NCBI GenBank assembly: GCA_965644295.1
Contig: CBFFRP010000133.1
Location: 62,001 to 126,000, forward strand
Direction: 5' to 3'
Source of the DNA: Paraphysomonas bandaiensis
Taxonomy: Eukaryota > Protista > Chrysophyceae
DNA: 64,000 nt
In this document: in pieces, positions 36,188 to 48,748 of the stretch
Position numbering within the stretch: position 1 is the first letter of the stretch
Layout of the letters: the number at the start of each line of letters is the position of its first letter
The notes under the pieces: model-generated
What the model saw: only the letters and a program-made list of their open reading frames with translations
What the model was told of the DNA's origin: nothing
The model's database searches: none
Program-made: the position numbers and the translations under genes

Positions 36188-36958
36188 ATGCACAATTCTA
36201 AAAAAGACTCTTTACATAAGTCTCGAAGTGGTTGTTGCCGTAAGTACGGAGCTACGAGTGGTATATATGATGCACCGCTCATTGTAAGGGGCATAACGAC
36301 ACAGCAGCCGAAAGTAATAGCATCTCAGATGTGCGTTAGCACAGAAGCTAAACCATCACCGTTTTGCCGAGTAGGCTTAAGAGTATATCTTAATGACGGA
36401 AAGGTTCATTTCATTGAGTGGGGATCAGCCTCTCCTTCAGGGGAAGATGAAAGTGAGGGTATGTACCACATAACACCTGGATATTTCGGAAACCGGGGCG
36501 GAACACATTGGCAGGAGTGGGGTCCTATGTTTGAATGTAAACATTCTGTTGTCTTTAATGATTTGTATCTTTTGGTACAGCGTGGTGCAGCCAGACGCAA
36601 GTACAGTAAGTACTGCCTTGTTGAGTCACGTACAGTATGGAGTTGTCTCACGTTCGTGCAATGGCTGCTGCGCTCACTGGGAATTTCCGTAAAAGAAATA
36701 AACGCAGTAAATTTACAGCCTCCTATTGATATATCTGGAACATTCCAACTTAATTACTCTAAAGATAGCAGACCCTCTGGTTTTTTGAGCCCATCTGCTG
36801 TCGAGCTTCCTCCTCCAACTTTTATCGCCCCTCCTATGACAGCACCTATCCGCACTAAAAGTCATGTTTCCTTCGGTCTTGCTGCAAGTTCCGGTGGTAA
36901 GACAGTATTTAGTCCGCCGTCACACTATGTGCAATGTAAATCTATTGAAGAGGTATGA
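36188..36958 (+). CDS. Hypothetical protein, weakly PPPDE/permuted papain-like
   Basis: Long ORF; 'RVGLRVYL..FIEWG' and 'KYCLV..WSCLTFVQWLLRSLG' recall permuted NlpC/P60 motifs; start uncertain. Confidence 0.4.
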   Translation: MHNSKKDSLHKSRSGCCRKYGATSGIYDAPLIVRGITTQQPKVIASQMCVSTEAKPSPFCRVGLRVYLNDGKVHFIEWGSASPSGEDESEGMYHITPGYFGNRGGTHWQEWGPMFECKHSVVFNDLYLLVQRGAARRKYSKYCLVESRTVWSCLTFVQWLLRSLGISVKEINAVNLQPPIDISGTFQLNYSKDSRPSGFLSPSAVELPPPTFIAPPMTAPIRTKSHVSFGLAASSGGKTVFSPPSHYVQCKSIEEV

Positions 36959-38196
36959 CTTAATCTCATATCGCTCAGCTCACATATCAGTTGCTTCGTC
37001 CACGGCACATGAGAGTTTTTGTTTGATTTTAGTGCTACTTGGATACTTAAAATGAGTACATTTTGATTGTAGCAATAATTAGGAAATGCTTAAAACTTTT
37101 CTGATGATTTAATCGTTGTGAACATGCTAATTTTAGGATTATTTTTGATATTGTACCACTAATTGATTACTTAGTTTGCTATGGAGTATTCGATTCGGTT
37201 TTATGCATGGTAATTTGGATTGTTTCCACGTTACTAGAATAATATGTATCATTCACTGAACTACTACTCATAACTTTACCAATGAAATTTACTGCTATTA
37301 AAGAGTTGTTTAATGCACTTGTAGTATAGAACACCACGAAAAGGTGTGAGTACAGTGTTCAGTGTTGACACTGTTAAAGCTAGCTCGACATAGATGAAAA
37401 CTGAAAAGGATAGCTTTCATGAAACAAGTTGAACCCTTATAGATGATAGTTTTTATGCTCTATTAATCTTCTTGAATTTCGATTCTAGTTTGGCAATGAA
37501 AAGCTGTATTACTATATCTCAAGAAAATTGTTATACAGGGAAGAATAAAGACTACGAATGCGAATCTTCGAAACTACATCTGAAGAAGTTCCTTAGCAAG
37601 GAATTACGCTATACGTGATTCTCAGTAGTAACGGTGGAGTTGCCATAAACGTAGTGTTATATACGTATACTAAATTCGTAGTTACTTATCAATATTTACT
37701 TTCACCGCAACAACACATGGGCATCACTCTTAGATTCATGATATCATGATATAAACAATGTATTTGGTTTACTCTAAGTATACATCTCTAGCTACATATA
37801 TACAAATTGCAAAATAGTCCACTTCAATAGCTTAAGCAAAACCACCGACATATCCAGTACAACAAGCACAACTCATAGGGCAGTCGTAATACACACTATC
37901 ACGATAAACAGCAGGACACGGACATTACAAACTTACTGTAACACCAAATGTCTTCGAAATCCACTGAGTCACGATGGCACGGGATCATCAATAGTCACGA
38001 GGGACTGGTATTTGCGGTTCACTTTGTACAAATATATAATAAGATACATACGTTTAACCTGAGTATATGTGGCAATAGCCACACTTACATGCAGCTATAT
38101 TTCATTGAATGTAGATCCTGGCCAGTCTTCTCTATCGCTACGATTCAATACGGAGCACGCGTAATTCTCATAGTCTAGTGTAAGAAAAACAGGAGA

Positions 38197-38673
38197 TTAG
38201 AGAGTCCCATCATCATTGAAAAGCTCGCCGTAATCCTCGTTCGTAAGTTGGGGAAGAAAACTTCCGTAGAAGTTCAGATCACTGTAGTTTGGAGCCTCGT
38301 TTGTACTCGACAGAACCGCCTGATCAAGAGAATGTCTGGGAGTATTGTGCATATCCATAATTACTGAACTCGTGTTATGAGGGGCTGAAGGGCGTATCTT
38401 TGACCTCACTTGTTGGTTTCTGGGATCCTTCCGCCGCTTAGCAAATCGACTGTTTCTTTTCCTCTGTTTCCAGTCCTCTGCCAGTGACGATACCGATCGT
38501 TTACGGTACTTACGGGTCTCGGACTGGGACGTAAATGACCTCATCGACTTGTACTTGGGCATAGAATCAACAACAAACACTACTTTTCTAGATGCACGGT
38601 GCTTTACCATTTGTCCCTTTGGATTTGTCCGTGGCGTGAACCAATTATGTTTCAGAGGTGCTTGGCTGGTCAT
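38197..38673 (-). CDS. Small basic protein with HEXIM-like (PYNT-type) motif
   Basis: Intronless 158 aa; Arg/Lys-rich tract, then 'PSAPHNTSSVIMDMH', then acidic C-terminus. Confidence 0.65.
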   Translation of the reverse strand: MTSQAPLKHNWFTPRTNPKGQMVKHRASRKVVFVVDSMPKYKSMRSFTSQSETRKYRKRSVSSLAEDWKQRKRNSRFAKRRKDPRNQQVRSKIRPSAPHNTSSVIMDMHNTPRHSLDQAVLSSTNEAPNYSDLNFYGSFLPQLTNEDYGELFNDDGTL

Positions 38674-39239
38674 GGTATGTATATGAAGGTATGTAATGAG
38701 GTTGGGAATAATGTTCCTGCATTTATAATTATGACATTTAGGTCGAAACAGACCGTGAATATACAGTATTTTAGTTAAAGTATAGAAACAGCCGTATAAA
38801 TACTGTATATGATAAATTTATGTACTCTGTATAGAGTTCCTGTATTGCTGTAGTTCAATGTTCTGATGACGTTATGAAGTGTCATCTTGAACCGACACTC
38901 ACACTGAAAAGGCGAGAAAGGGAGAAAACATCGATGAGGTGCAAATTTTATACTGTACAGTATATCCGTAATACTTACATAAAAAGCCTGATATTTATGC
39001 ACAAAACAGGGTTTTATTCAAAAAACAACTTTTCAGGTTTTTGTAATCCACTTTTCCATATTTCCATATCATACACTGCTGTATTGTGTTGGGTGTGTAG
39101 ACGAAGATGCTCCTCTATCCTCTACACTGCTGCTGTATGTATACTTCACTCATCATAGAGCAGTGCAGTGGTAGGTATATATATAGTTAACAGACACAGT
39201 ATATAGTAACAAGTGAGCCGCCACACCTCCTCATCCATT

Positions 39240-41597
39240 ATGGCTGCCTCAAAAATCTTCCACTCCCTCCCATCCACCTATGAACAGAGCGCATGGTCCG
39301 TTAAGCGAGTTCGTACCGATAACTCCGAAAAACTTGTAGATTATATTGTATTAGCTGAGTTTGATATAGACACAGGTAGCACCTCATATTGCTCTCTATA
39401 TGGCCCATAATGATGATATAGGAAGCACTGTTCGTCACCAATACCCGTGTGCTATTACGGGGTATAAAGAGGACTGGTTTGCTGAGAACATGTTACCTGA
39501 AGGGGCCCATAAGCATGAACAGGACTGGACCTATATGTTCCTTAACCGTATGGAGAAGCAATTAGATGAGGTATCTGCAGGATACTGTGTACTTGAACCG
39601 CTTGCTTGTCTTTTCTGGTGCGCATCATGCATACATGTACCTCTATATTGGGTATTGTACATGATTCTTGTGAACTTTCTTGTAATACCAGGATTTTTAT
39701 ATTTACCCTTCGTCGGTAGAGCAGAATGCATGTGATGACCCCAACAAGCGTTTTTTATATGGTATCAATCTAGTTCGAAATAAGGCTGACAGCAGTGTCC
39801 GAAGGGGTGCTGTTGTGAAGGCAATGGCCCTCTTTTCACGTTATCATTTCTGTGAGGTGAGAATACATACTACCAACGATACCTCTCGTTATTATCGACT
39901 AAACTCCTCAGATATTTCGCCAACCTTTAGTTCTGGCGCTTGATAAATACTACTCAAACCCCTCTATAGACGTGCTCGAAGAACTGTATAACTGCCTAAA
40001 TGACCTGTCCCTCCAGAATTGCCCTCGTCCTACAATTATAGAGCAGAGTCTTATGTGTCGAGGTATATCTGCATCAGCCCCTGTGTCATGTCTTTCTTCA
40101 GAGTGCTCAAGTGCATGCAATTCGGACTATGTACTTCGAGATTACACGCCCTCGAGGTCCTAATATACATCACGCATATTCTCACCACCTTATTCTGTAC
40201 CAATTTGCAGGTGGGTGAATTCGTTATCGGTTTCACTATTCAACAAAGAGGTACCACTAAATATATCTCTACACACTTCCCCTGACGACATCGGCGTTGC
40301 CAACCTTTCGTACTTTCTGAAAATATTTCGAGAATCTTCTATGAAAATATTTAATGGTGTGTTGACGAAAAAACGCGTCCTGTTTGTTGGTTATGACCAT
40401 GCCGCCGGTGATGTGTGTCAAATGGTACTATCTGCTGTTAGTATGGTGGCACCTCCTCTTGCAAACGTTATCAAGAGAGCCTTCCCGTATGCCAACCTAT
40501 CCGATTTAAGTTTTCTTGAGGTGAAATTTTGTAGCTGCTGTATTGGTACGATAGTAGTTGGCATGTCCTTGATAGTTTGCGGCGATGAAAGACGTGTAGT
40601 GCGCTGATTGCTGACATAAGTGTTCAGGTGGATGGATTTATTGCAGGTGTCACAAACCCCATGTTCCAGCAGCATAGTGAATGGTGGGATTTGTTGTGCG
40701 TTTTGGACCTTTCCAATGGTCGAGGTACAGTCCAGACCGCAGAAGAGGTTCGAGTGGAGGAGGCAGCGCAAAAGGGGAAACAGTATGTTCCCACCCCTCG
40801 GCCAGCATCCGAGAGCGCACATGAAGGGATGGATGCAAAGTTTATTGCGAGGGTTCTCTCCGGTATGGACGACAGATTTTGGTGGTAGTTAATGCACGAT
40901 TATTATAATTATTCGGTTTGACTGATGTGTTCGTTTAGCACCCAACTATCTGCACTCATGTTACTATACAGGTCTGGAGGCTCACTTGTGCGAGGACTGG
41001 GTAAAACTACAGTTCCACGAGTATACACAGGATATATTATTACAAGCCCTGGATTCGAAGCATAACGATCTAATAGGATATAGTGGTGGTAATAGCAGCA
41101 GTATTCGTCTTTCAGAAAGTGTACATAAGAGTATGGAGGCAAACAGCCATAGAGTAAATATCCTTAGGAATGAAAGTGAGTTTAAGGCTCTTCCTGGAAA
41201 TCCATGGACATGGTGCTCGTCCGATGGCGGCGAATCCGACAGCGAAAAAGTGGATGGGGAAGTCTTGTTATCGCAATTGAGACGTCTACAGATTGAGCAA
41301 GATTTGGATGACATGGAGGTTGAGGCCATATTTTCTCTGTTGGATCGAGGTCTTGTCTCAGAGATCTCTTTACAATGTGCCCTTTATTTGTTGCCTGTGT
41401 CTCAAGGGAGTATTCAAACCATTGCTTGCGGTCTTCTGCATAGAAACTCACGAGTGCGTAACTATACTGTACGAATACTGAAGCGCTTTGAAAAGTACCC
41501 ATCCACTGCTCCCGCTTTCACCGCACTGAATACATTTTATAAGTCTGCCCTAACACGACAAATTCAACTAATGAGTGTTGATGCTTACTCTACGTAA
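39240..41597 (+). CDS. Afi1/mesA-type DENN-related protein (multi-exon)
   Basis: '[20 protein letters not shown]', 'MLPEGAH..DWTYMFL', '[10 protein letters not shown]', '[17 protein letters not shown]', 'FPYANLS', '[17 protein letters not shown]'. Confidence 0.85.
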
Positions 41598-41914
41598 CTG
41601 ACGTATGGATTATACCATGCGTTTATATATATACGTACATATCATCCATACTAGTTGTGATATGACTTAGTTTTTCTATAATAAGGTACTTGTATTTTAT
41701 CTCTATATATTGAGTTTGGAATTACGTAGTCAAGTACCCCGTAGTATAGTATAAATTGTACGACTGAATTATCTGTAATAATATGAAATCTTCTAAAATA
41801 TTAGGAAATTGATGAGCAGAATTCAACTCAAAATTTGTTCGAAAAAAATCTATCCTACTTAGTTTTATCATTATTGGCAGCAATTTTGAAAGCGACTTCA
41901 TTATTTTTAGGGAT

Positions 41915-42400
41915 ATTGCATAATTTTAGGGAAACCAAAATGATGAGCCAACTTTCAAAGAGCAGAGTATCATCACCACCCCAAGTTGTATTAAATCTTT
42001 CGCCTAGTGTGAAGATCAAAATGTTGTGTGTATGAAACCAGGACATCGCAACAATACTTCGATCATTTTCTTGCTGGAGAGTTTATGTGCCACATCTGAT
42101 ACTGACGGCGATTTGCAGCAGTTTCACCCAGTAGTCCATTCAGGATTAGGGCTATGTCGTGCTTCTCAGGATTGTGTGCGTCATATCATACACATTCATG
42201 TCAGTTGTACTGGCAGAGGTTAAAAGCGTGTTGTACATTACTATATGTGATTATGATGCTAACAACGACAACAAGAAACCTCGTGTGACTACAACTTTTC
42301 ACTGTCTGTATCAAATTTATGTCTGAATTTCATGTCATAGTTGCTATAAGCTTCCTATCCTTCTGGGGTAGGGGTAGTTTTGTTGTAGCTATTATTGAGA
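41915..42400. repeat. Degenerate dispersed repeat homologous to 18680-19130
   Basis: Shared blocks in the same order and orientation. Confidence 0.6.
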
Positions 42401-42590
42401 TCCAAAGTTTTGAGAAATAATCTGGTCAAAATGTCATTGATTAGAAACAATACATTGATTTTTTGCTTCTTAATTTTACATAGAAAACAACTTTTTTTCC
42501 AGGCTTTGTATTACCTCGACTTTAGTTATTAGTTAACTAGTTAAGATAGTATTGATGGGCTTATTCACTGTTGTAATCGAAGCAATATGC

Positions 42591-43639
42591 CAGGCTTGCG
42601 TAACAATTCATTGGTTTTCAATTTATTGGCAATAATTTCCAACAATTAATTGGTTTTAAAAGTGATAATTTCAATTATTAGTATTGATAAATGGTGCCAA
42701 TGAATTGCCAATAATTTCAATTAATTGGCTGGCTAAACTATATATAGCATCTTAAGATGTATAGCTACTGATCATAGGTACAAACCCATATTCTGTAAGC
42801 ATAGAAGTTTGAATGTATGTGTACAGTCATGTTATCATTATATTAATCATAATTCTGAGACAGTCAGTATACGGGTTAGTATACACTTTAACCTCAGCAC
42901 GCAAGAGAGTAATATTGCATGTCCAAGATCGTTGGAAATGAACAAACTGAGCACCTCCACAACAAAGATCGTCTAGATACATAGCACAGAAGGTGATTGC
43001 AGATATTCAACTGCTTCGAAATATTCAAGCATAGTAGTGTAAAATTAAATGACGTTATAAGTGTATCCGCTAGGTATCACTATTATCAAAGGAAGCGAAG
43101 TATGTGTGTGTGCAAGAATACACTCATACAGAGAAACCGTAGTGTGTGTGTACAACAATAATAGACTAGAATGTTTATCATTATCATTTATTCAGCAAGA
43201 TGGCATGTATGAACAAACATCACGAGTATCTTTCAAGAGAAAGATGAAGAGCAGGAAGACGAGGCCATTCGTTTACATAAAGACAACCGAAAGCGCAAAA
43301 AAGCACGCATCAAACTGCCAACACGATATCGTTGCATGAAGCACTTGTATAGCACTACCAATGTTTGTATGAAGTTGTTTAGCAGAGCTAAGATTGTTAT
43401 GACTGATTTTTGCAAACGAATGACACCACCTAGACGCCTAGAAATTTTAAAGTTTCTGCGTGAAAAATGGCATCTTTGGGATCAGATTATAATTCTAAAA
43501 TTTAGCAATAGAATTAAAGGCAATTAATTGGCAATTATTGCCAATTTATTGCACAGCCAATTATTGCATGCTTTACTACTGTAACAATTGCAATTATTAT
43601 TGTTGGTCATCTGTCACTAATTCTTGCTACGCAAGCCTG
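42591..43639 (+). mobile_element. Defective hAT transposon
   Basis: TIRs CAGGCTTGCGTAACAA / TTGCTACGCAAGCCTG; 8-bp TSD CAATATGC vs CTATATGC (7/8); internal 'HLYSTTNVCMKLFSRAKIVMTD..RMTP.RLEILKFLR'. Confidence 0.85.
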
Positions 43640-43958
43640 CTATATGCTATATAGTGGCAATACAATGAGTAATTTTAGAAAATCATAATTACTCTTATAT
43701 TCCTGTTCCAATTTCAAAATCAAATACTATTGTGCAGAAAAAAACTCTATACTCTACAGATGTCACAAACGTAGAATTCTCACTGACATTGAAAGATGAG
43801 TTTCGCGTCTGCACAGTAGTAGAGAGAAACACATTCGATGACTACAGACTTCTAGTTACACCATAAATACAATTCAAAAGAATATTATATATATAAAGTA
43901 TATTGACCTTATATCTCCACAACATGCACCACATTATGACAGTGTCAGGCAACGCATA

Positions 43959-45767
43959 CTAAAAGATTATCAAAGCCACATTTCCAGATATTTCTGGAAC
44001 CCACTTATCACGATAGGGATAAGCCACGAGAATATCGGGTGAGTTCATTACTTTGGCACCCAGTGAATAGTATAGAATGGACTTCGCTACTTCATCTGAA
44101 TAAAAAAAACAATTAAGCTTCGAACAGAAAAATAGATTAAATTTAAAATCAACACCAAATATTACGAAGGTGTATGCTAACCTTCAAAAGCCACACCATC
44201 AATGGCATCCATTTCATAATTAATAGACCAAAATTTAAAATTGCCTAATTTAGCCCCATCCAACTCCACCAATTGTGTCCAGCTATGTTGCCCTGCACCC
44301 AAATTAACACTCACTATCATATATTCAACATACAGAACGTACATCCATAGCAATCGTTTCTAGATGGGTCTTGTTGATACAGTAGAACAGACCCGTTACC
44401 ACTTATATCTACATTCGTAATTGCGAGCTTCCATGTAGCAACAGGCAGGGTGTAGTATCGTACCCTCCCTATATCATCTAGAAGAAAAAAAGTTACTTCT
44501 AGTCTACATAACACAGCACACTTATAGTCACACACCCTATATAGATTCACAATAGTATATACATCATGTCGTCTTACCTAAGCTGTAATGAACAAAAATC
44601 GATTCGCCAGAGGTGGAGTTCACAAGGGCATAGCTTACATACCGGCATAAGGAAGTGGGGGCGATTGTAGGCTCCGATTCTGTGGGTAACAATGTGGGAT
44701 GTACTGTTGGTGAAGAAGTGGGAGATATTGTTGGTAACGACGTTGGAAATAGAGTTGGTGAAGAAGTGGGAGATATTGTTGGTAACGACGTTGGAAATAG
44801 AGTTGGTGAAGAAGTGGGAGATATTGTTGGTAACGACGTTGGAAATAGAGTTGGTGAAGAAGTGGGAGATATTGTTGGTAGCAATGTAGGAATTGACGTT
44901 GGTGAAGAAGTGGGAGATACTGTTGGTAACAGTGTCGGAAGTGGAGTTGGTGAAGAAGTGGGAGATTTCGTTGGTAACGATGTCGGATGTGCTGTTGGCA
45001 AAGAAGTGGGAGCTCTCGTTGGTAACAATGTAGGAATTGAAGTTGGAGAAGAAGTGGGAGATTTCGTTGGTAACGACGTCGGTGATCGTGTAGGTGATGT
45101 TGTCGGAAAATGTGTAGGATTATCTGAATTATAAAAATATTAATTACTTCAAATATTTCTCATTTCTTATTTATTGCTTACCAGTTGGAATTGCCTGGGT
45201 GTACAGTGAGCGCACTCTTATTGTGTTTCTATGTGGTCGATAACCAATGACACTTATGCTTTTGTCGTAATATTCACTAAATATGAGGTCACCATCCACC
45301 CGGAATTGCATAATATTACTAGTGCGAACAATTTCTACATCGACATAGACATTCGCTGGAGGACTCGGTGCACCATACCGAAGTGAAAAACTTGCTCCTT
45401 CTAAGAAGTATCGTGCGCCTACACCGTTATCTCCATCGAATCCAAAGTGTTCTAATCCAGAGTTCGTATTAATAAATATAAACGTAGCGGCTGTAAAATC
45501 AATTGTCTCCAAAAGTACTTCAGATTTAATGATAAAATCTCCAGTGAATGTTACTGGAAGGCTCCATTCGAGAAACTCTCCAACAGTTGATATGGAGTAG
45601 TAGCCTCCTGAGGAGTAGAATCCGGATGTTGCCGTACAGCCCGGTTGGAGCACGCCGTCTAATACACCTGCATGCTCATAGGTTGTCTGGGGCTGGAAGG
45701 AGACTGTATGTACTCCGCATATGATGGAGAGCACAAGGAGGGTGAAGTGTGTGGGGTTGGTCCACAT
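43959..45767 (-). CDS. Secreted protein: signal peptide, beta-rich (ConA/LamG-like) domain, Pro/Thr-repeat stalk, C-terminal domain (multi-exon)
   Basis: Signal-like MWTNPTHFTLLVLSIICG; intron 45124-45181; (PTxx)n array; downstream exons end ..VALIIF* at 43959; internal junctions uncertain. Confidence 0.7.
44700..45085 (-). repeat. Coding tandem repeat, 48-bp unit (PTSLPTISPTSSPTLF)
   Basis: GTTGGTGAAGAAGTGGGAGATATTGTTGGTAACGACGTTGGAAATAGA occurs three times perfectly, plus diverged copies. Confidence 0.95.
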
Positions 45768-46049
45768 GGGCTATGTGAGCAAGATACAAGTGACTAGATG
45801 AGAGGGAGCGTGCGATATGATAATATCTCCATATGTATACAACTGAGCTTGAAACTATCGATTTTAATTCACCTGACAGCTGGACATTACATTATCGGCA
45901 TCCTTGGTATTATTTGTTCAAAGAAGCCTCTAATATTGAGTCGACAATCCAGCCGTAGTTGTGTAGCAGTAAAGTAGAGGAGTTTTGCTTCAATCTATAC
46001 GCATATGTACATAGAGGGGGGTGAGCACAGATCAGAAAAATTGATTTGG

Positions 46050-47620
46050 CCGTCCCCGAAGGGGAGGGCCCGTCCCTCAAATAATACTGCCACCCCGTCC
46101 CTGAGGGACGGGCACCACGACGCCCTCAGTTTTTAGTTCCGTAAAACCCCCATTTTTATATATGAGATGATGTGTACATGATATGAGTGTGTTTGTACTG
46201 CTGTACATATAGGAGTGTGTGTACTGCTGCATGTAATATAGCAGTACTCAGCAGAGCCCACTCATACAGTATGATGGAGTGAGCATATATATCTATTAAT
46301 AGTATTGTGGTTCGTTGCTTCGGTTAGCATCCATTGATCGAAATGAGGAATCAAGCTTCGAACAGATAGCTCTGTGTTTATACGCAGACGAGCTGTTATC
46401 ACACTGTCATGTCCCAATGAAGTTGTTATTATTAATATTATTATATATAAGATAATTATTATAGAGTAAAAAGGAAGAGTAATAAAACGAATGTTTTATT
46501 ACGATAGGAGGGCCCTTCTGGCCCAGGAAGAATGCCTAAGCGGCTTAGAGCGTCCCTCGGCCCTTCTTCCTCGCTGTGTGTGAGTGTGTGTACTGCTGCA
46601 TGTAATATAGCAGTACTCAGCAGAGCAGGGCACTCAGTATGTTGGACAAAGCATATATTACTATTAATAGTATTGTGGTTTGCGTTGCTTCGGTTAACAT
46701 CCACTGATTGAAATAAGGAACCAAGCTTCGAACAGATAGCGGTTGTTCTCATCTTTGAGATGAATGTCTGGAGTTCTGGAGTGGTGTGTATGGTAGTATA
46801 TGGTTATATAGTGTAGTGCTTCACGTATTGGACCAGAAGTGGATGAGTGATATTAGGGACGCCTTGGTGAAGCTTATCACAAGGAGATGCCAGGAAGCTG
46901 GAGTTCCAGTTGCAGAGAAAGTCAGTGGAATCGGTCGTGAGGTTGTGACGGGCGTAATTGATAATGACAGCTTGATAACAGCTCCTCTGCGTATAAACAC
47001 AGAGCTTATTGTACACTACTATGTACACAGACATACAATACTCATCTCAAATGTGATGTATACATGAATCGAGTCAAATATTAATACGTCCGGCTTAATA
47101 TGAGCTCCAAGAGTCTTCGATATCTGATACTGTATGAGGGGCTGTGAGGAAGGTGTGATCTACTACACCCTCTATGATTAGGAAATCGTTTCTGCAATAC
47201 AGTGTACGTATCCGAAAAATACTGTTTCGCAGATCCTAAAGAGAGAAATTCTCCTTTGTTCCTGCCTCTCTTATTACGGGCTTCATTTATTAAATACCCG
47301 CTAAAGAACTGGAACAGTTCGACAGTTATGTCCTCCGCTCTCAAAGTTTCGAAATTCAATGTTCGGGCCTGCAAGAAGTCCTTGAAGTATGACGGACCAT
47401 AGGCCTTCTGTGCCTGATTACCACCGTTACCTATATTTGCATATTTGGAATCAATCTTATGTATGTATCTTAAGTATCGCTTTTACTGCCTTCAATACAT
47501 ACTGTACACAGTCTTCACTGCCCTTCACTTGTAGTATCAGACTACAGTTGTATAATGCGTACCGTCCTACAATTGTATTATGCAGCGTATTATGAGGGAC
47601 GGTGGTAGGGACGGGGAGTT
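46050..47620. mobile_element. Rearranged Crypton-like (tyrosine-recombinase) element remnant
   Basis: Inverted ends CCGTCCCTCAAATAATACTGC (46070) / GCAGCGTATTATGAGGGACGG (47582); - strand 'FQFFSGYLINEAR..LSLGSAKQYFSD..KRFPNH' and + strand 'KWMSDIRDALVKLITRRCQEAGVPVAEK'; internal ~155-bp direct repeat near 46215 and 46585. Confidence 0.45.
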
Positions 47621-47884
47621 GACCTTATACGAGAAAAAGTACAGTATGTAAATACAGTGTATATTTACATGACCAAAACTCTAAATATCCCTGATTTCTA
47701 CTGCAGAAAACAGTAAAAAGTCCTGATAATACCACTGTATACATACCGCTGTACATCCGGGTGTGCAATCAGTATTGATTCGCGTTTGTTGTTTCAATCA
47801 CAGATGGTACCACAATAAATAATTTAATTATAACAATTTGCAGCTTCGATTTAACCTGAGCTTTATTAACCTTTGTCAAAGTAA

Positions 47885-48346
47885 ATGTCAGCATTAAATA
47901 ATACAGTTAATTCCTCATTCCCTAATTCTCCACCGGAAAAAAATCCAGACAAATGTCAGATGATATATTGGAATATACTGTGCTGTATTGAAGCGGGAGC
48001 TCCTGCAGAAACATTAATTCATGAGTTAGCGGAAACCTCAGGATGCGATCATATTCAAGATTTGTCCAATGTACGCAATGCAGTTGAATCAAAAGCATCA
48101 TCTCAGGTTATCGGTGAAATATTAAATAATACGATGGATCCCAAACCCATTAAAGTTGTTGAAAGAGTTGTTGGCCATTATTCCGCCTGGGCAGACAATG
48201 AGGTGTACAAGGGTCTTACTTTTCTCAATCAGGTTTATTATCACACATATTTTCGCTGGGATAAGTGGGCCAGTGGGGTCGCTCTTTTTGGAGGAACAGT
48301 GGGAGGACTTTTCAAGGTGTATCGTCGCCGTGCTGGTAAGTTTTGA
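47885..48346 (+). CDS. Hypothetical protein with C-terminal hydrophobic segment
   Basis: 153-aa ATG-initiated ORF; ends 'WASGVALFGGTVGGLFKVYRRR'. Confidence 0.45.
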   Translation: MSALNNTVNSSFPNSPPEKNPDKCQMIYWNILCCIEAGAPAETLIHELAETSGCDHIQDLSNVRNAVESKASSQVIGEILNNTMDPKPIKVVERVVGHYSAWADNEVYKGLTFLNQVYYHTYFRWDKWASGVALFGGTVGGLFKVYRRRAGKF

Positions 48347-48476
48347 TTTATTTGCGAATACTAATATATTTGGGAATAAGTTAGTGGAAGGATTTCTGAG
48401 GCATTTTGTTTCATCATCCCTCTCCACCCCTAGCAGTGGCTTTGCTTTAAGAGAAAAGTGTGATTTTAGTTTAAAC

Positions 48477-48720
48477 CAGGGCTAGGAAACAATATATTGA
48501 ATTGCAATACAATGTACAATATATTGCAATATATTGTAAAATATATTGATTTTTCGACCGGCCAAAAATCCCATCAATATTGTTTCTGTTAAAGTGGCTC
48601 ACAATATATTGCAATATATTGCAATCAATATTATCATAGTCATATAAGAGAAGATCCTTAACTGTAGGGTAAAAAATACAAGTCCATGTATATAAATATC
48701 CGGAAAATAAGAAAAAAGCC
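48477..48720. mobile_element. hAT terminal fragment related to the left end of 14993-16193
   Basis: CAGGGCTAGGAAACAATATATTG...AATATTGTTTCTGTT.AAGT.GC.CACAATATATTGCAAT matches 14993-15100; another inverted fragment near 57420-57500. Confidence 0.65.
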
Positions 48721-48748
48721 TATTTTTTATGTTATTTTCTGTTTTTTA

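Noticed and set aside
44700-45085. Regularly spaced repeats as a CRISPR array
   Set aside because: Units are contiguous, in-frame Pro/Thr coding repeats with no unique spacers; the context is eukaryotic and no cas genes are present
44655-45134. Plus-strand VG-repeat ORF and other antisense ORFs overlapping real genes
   Set aside because: Shadow frames of the coding strand
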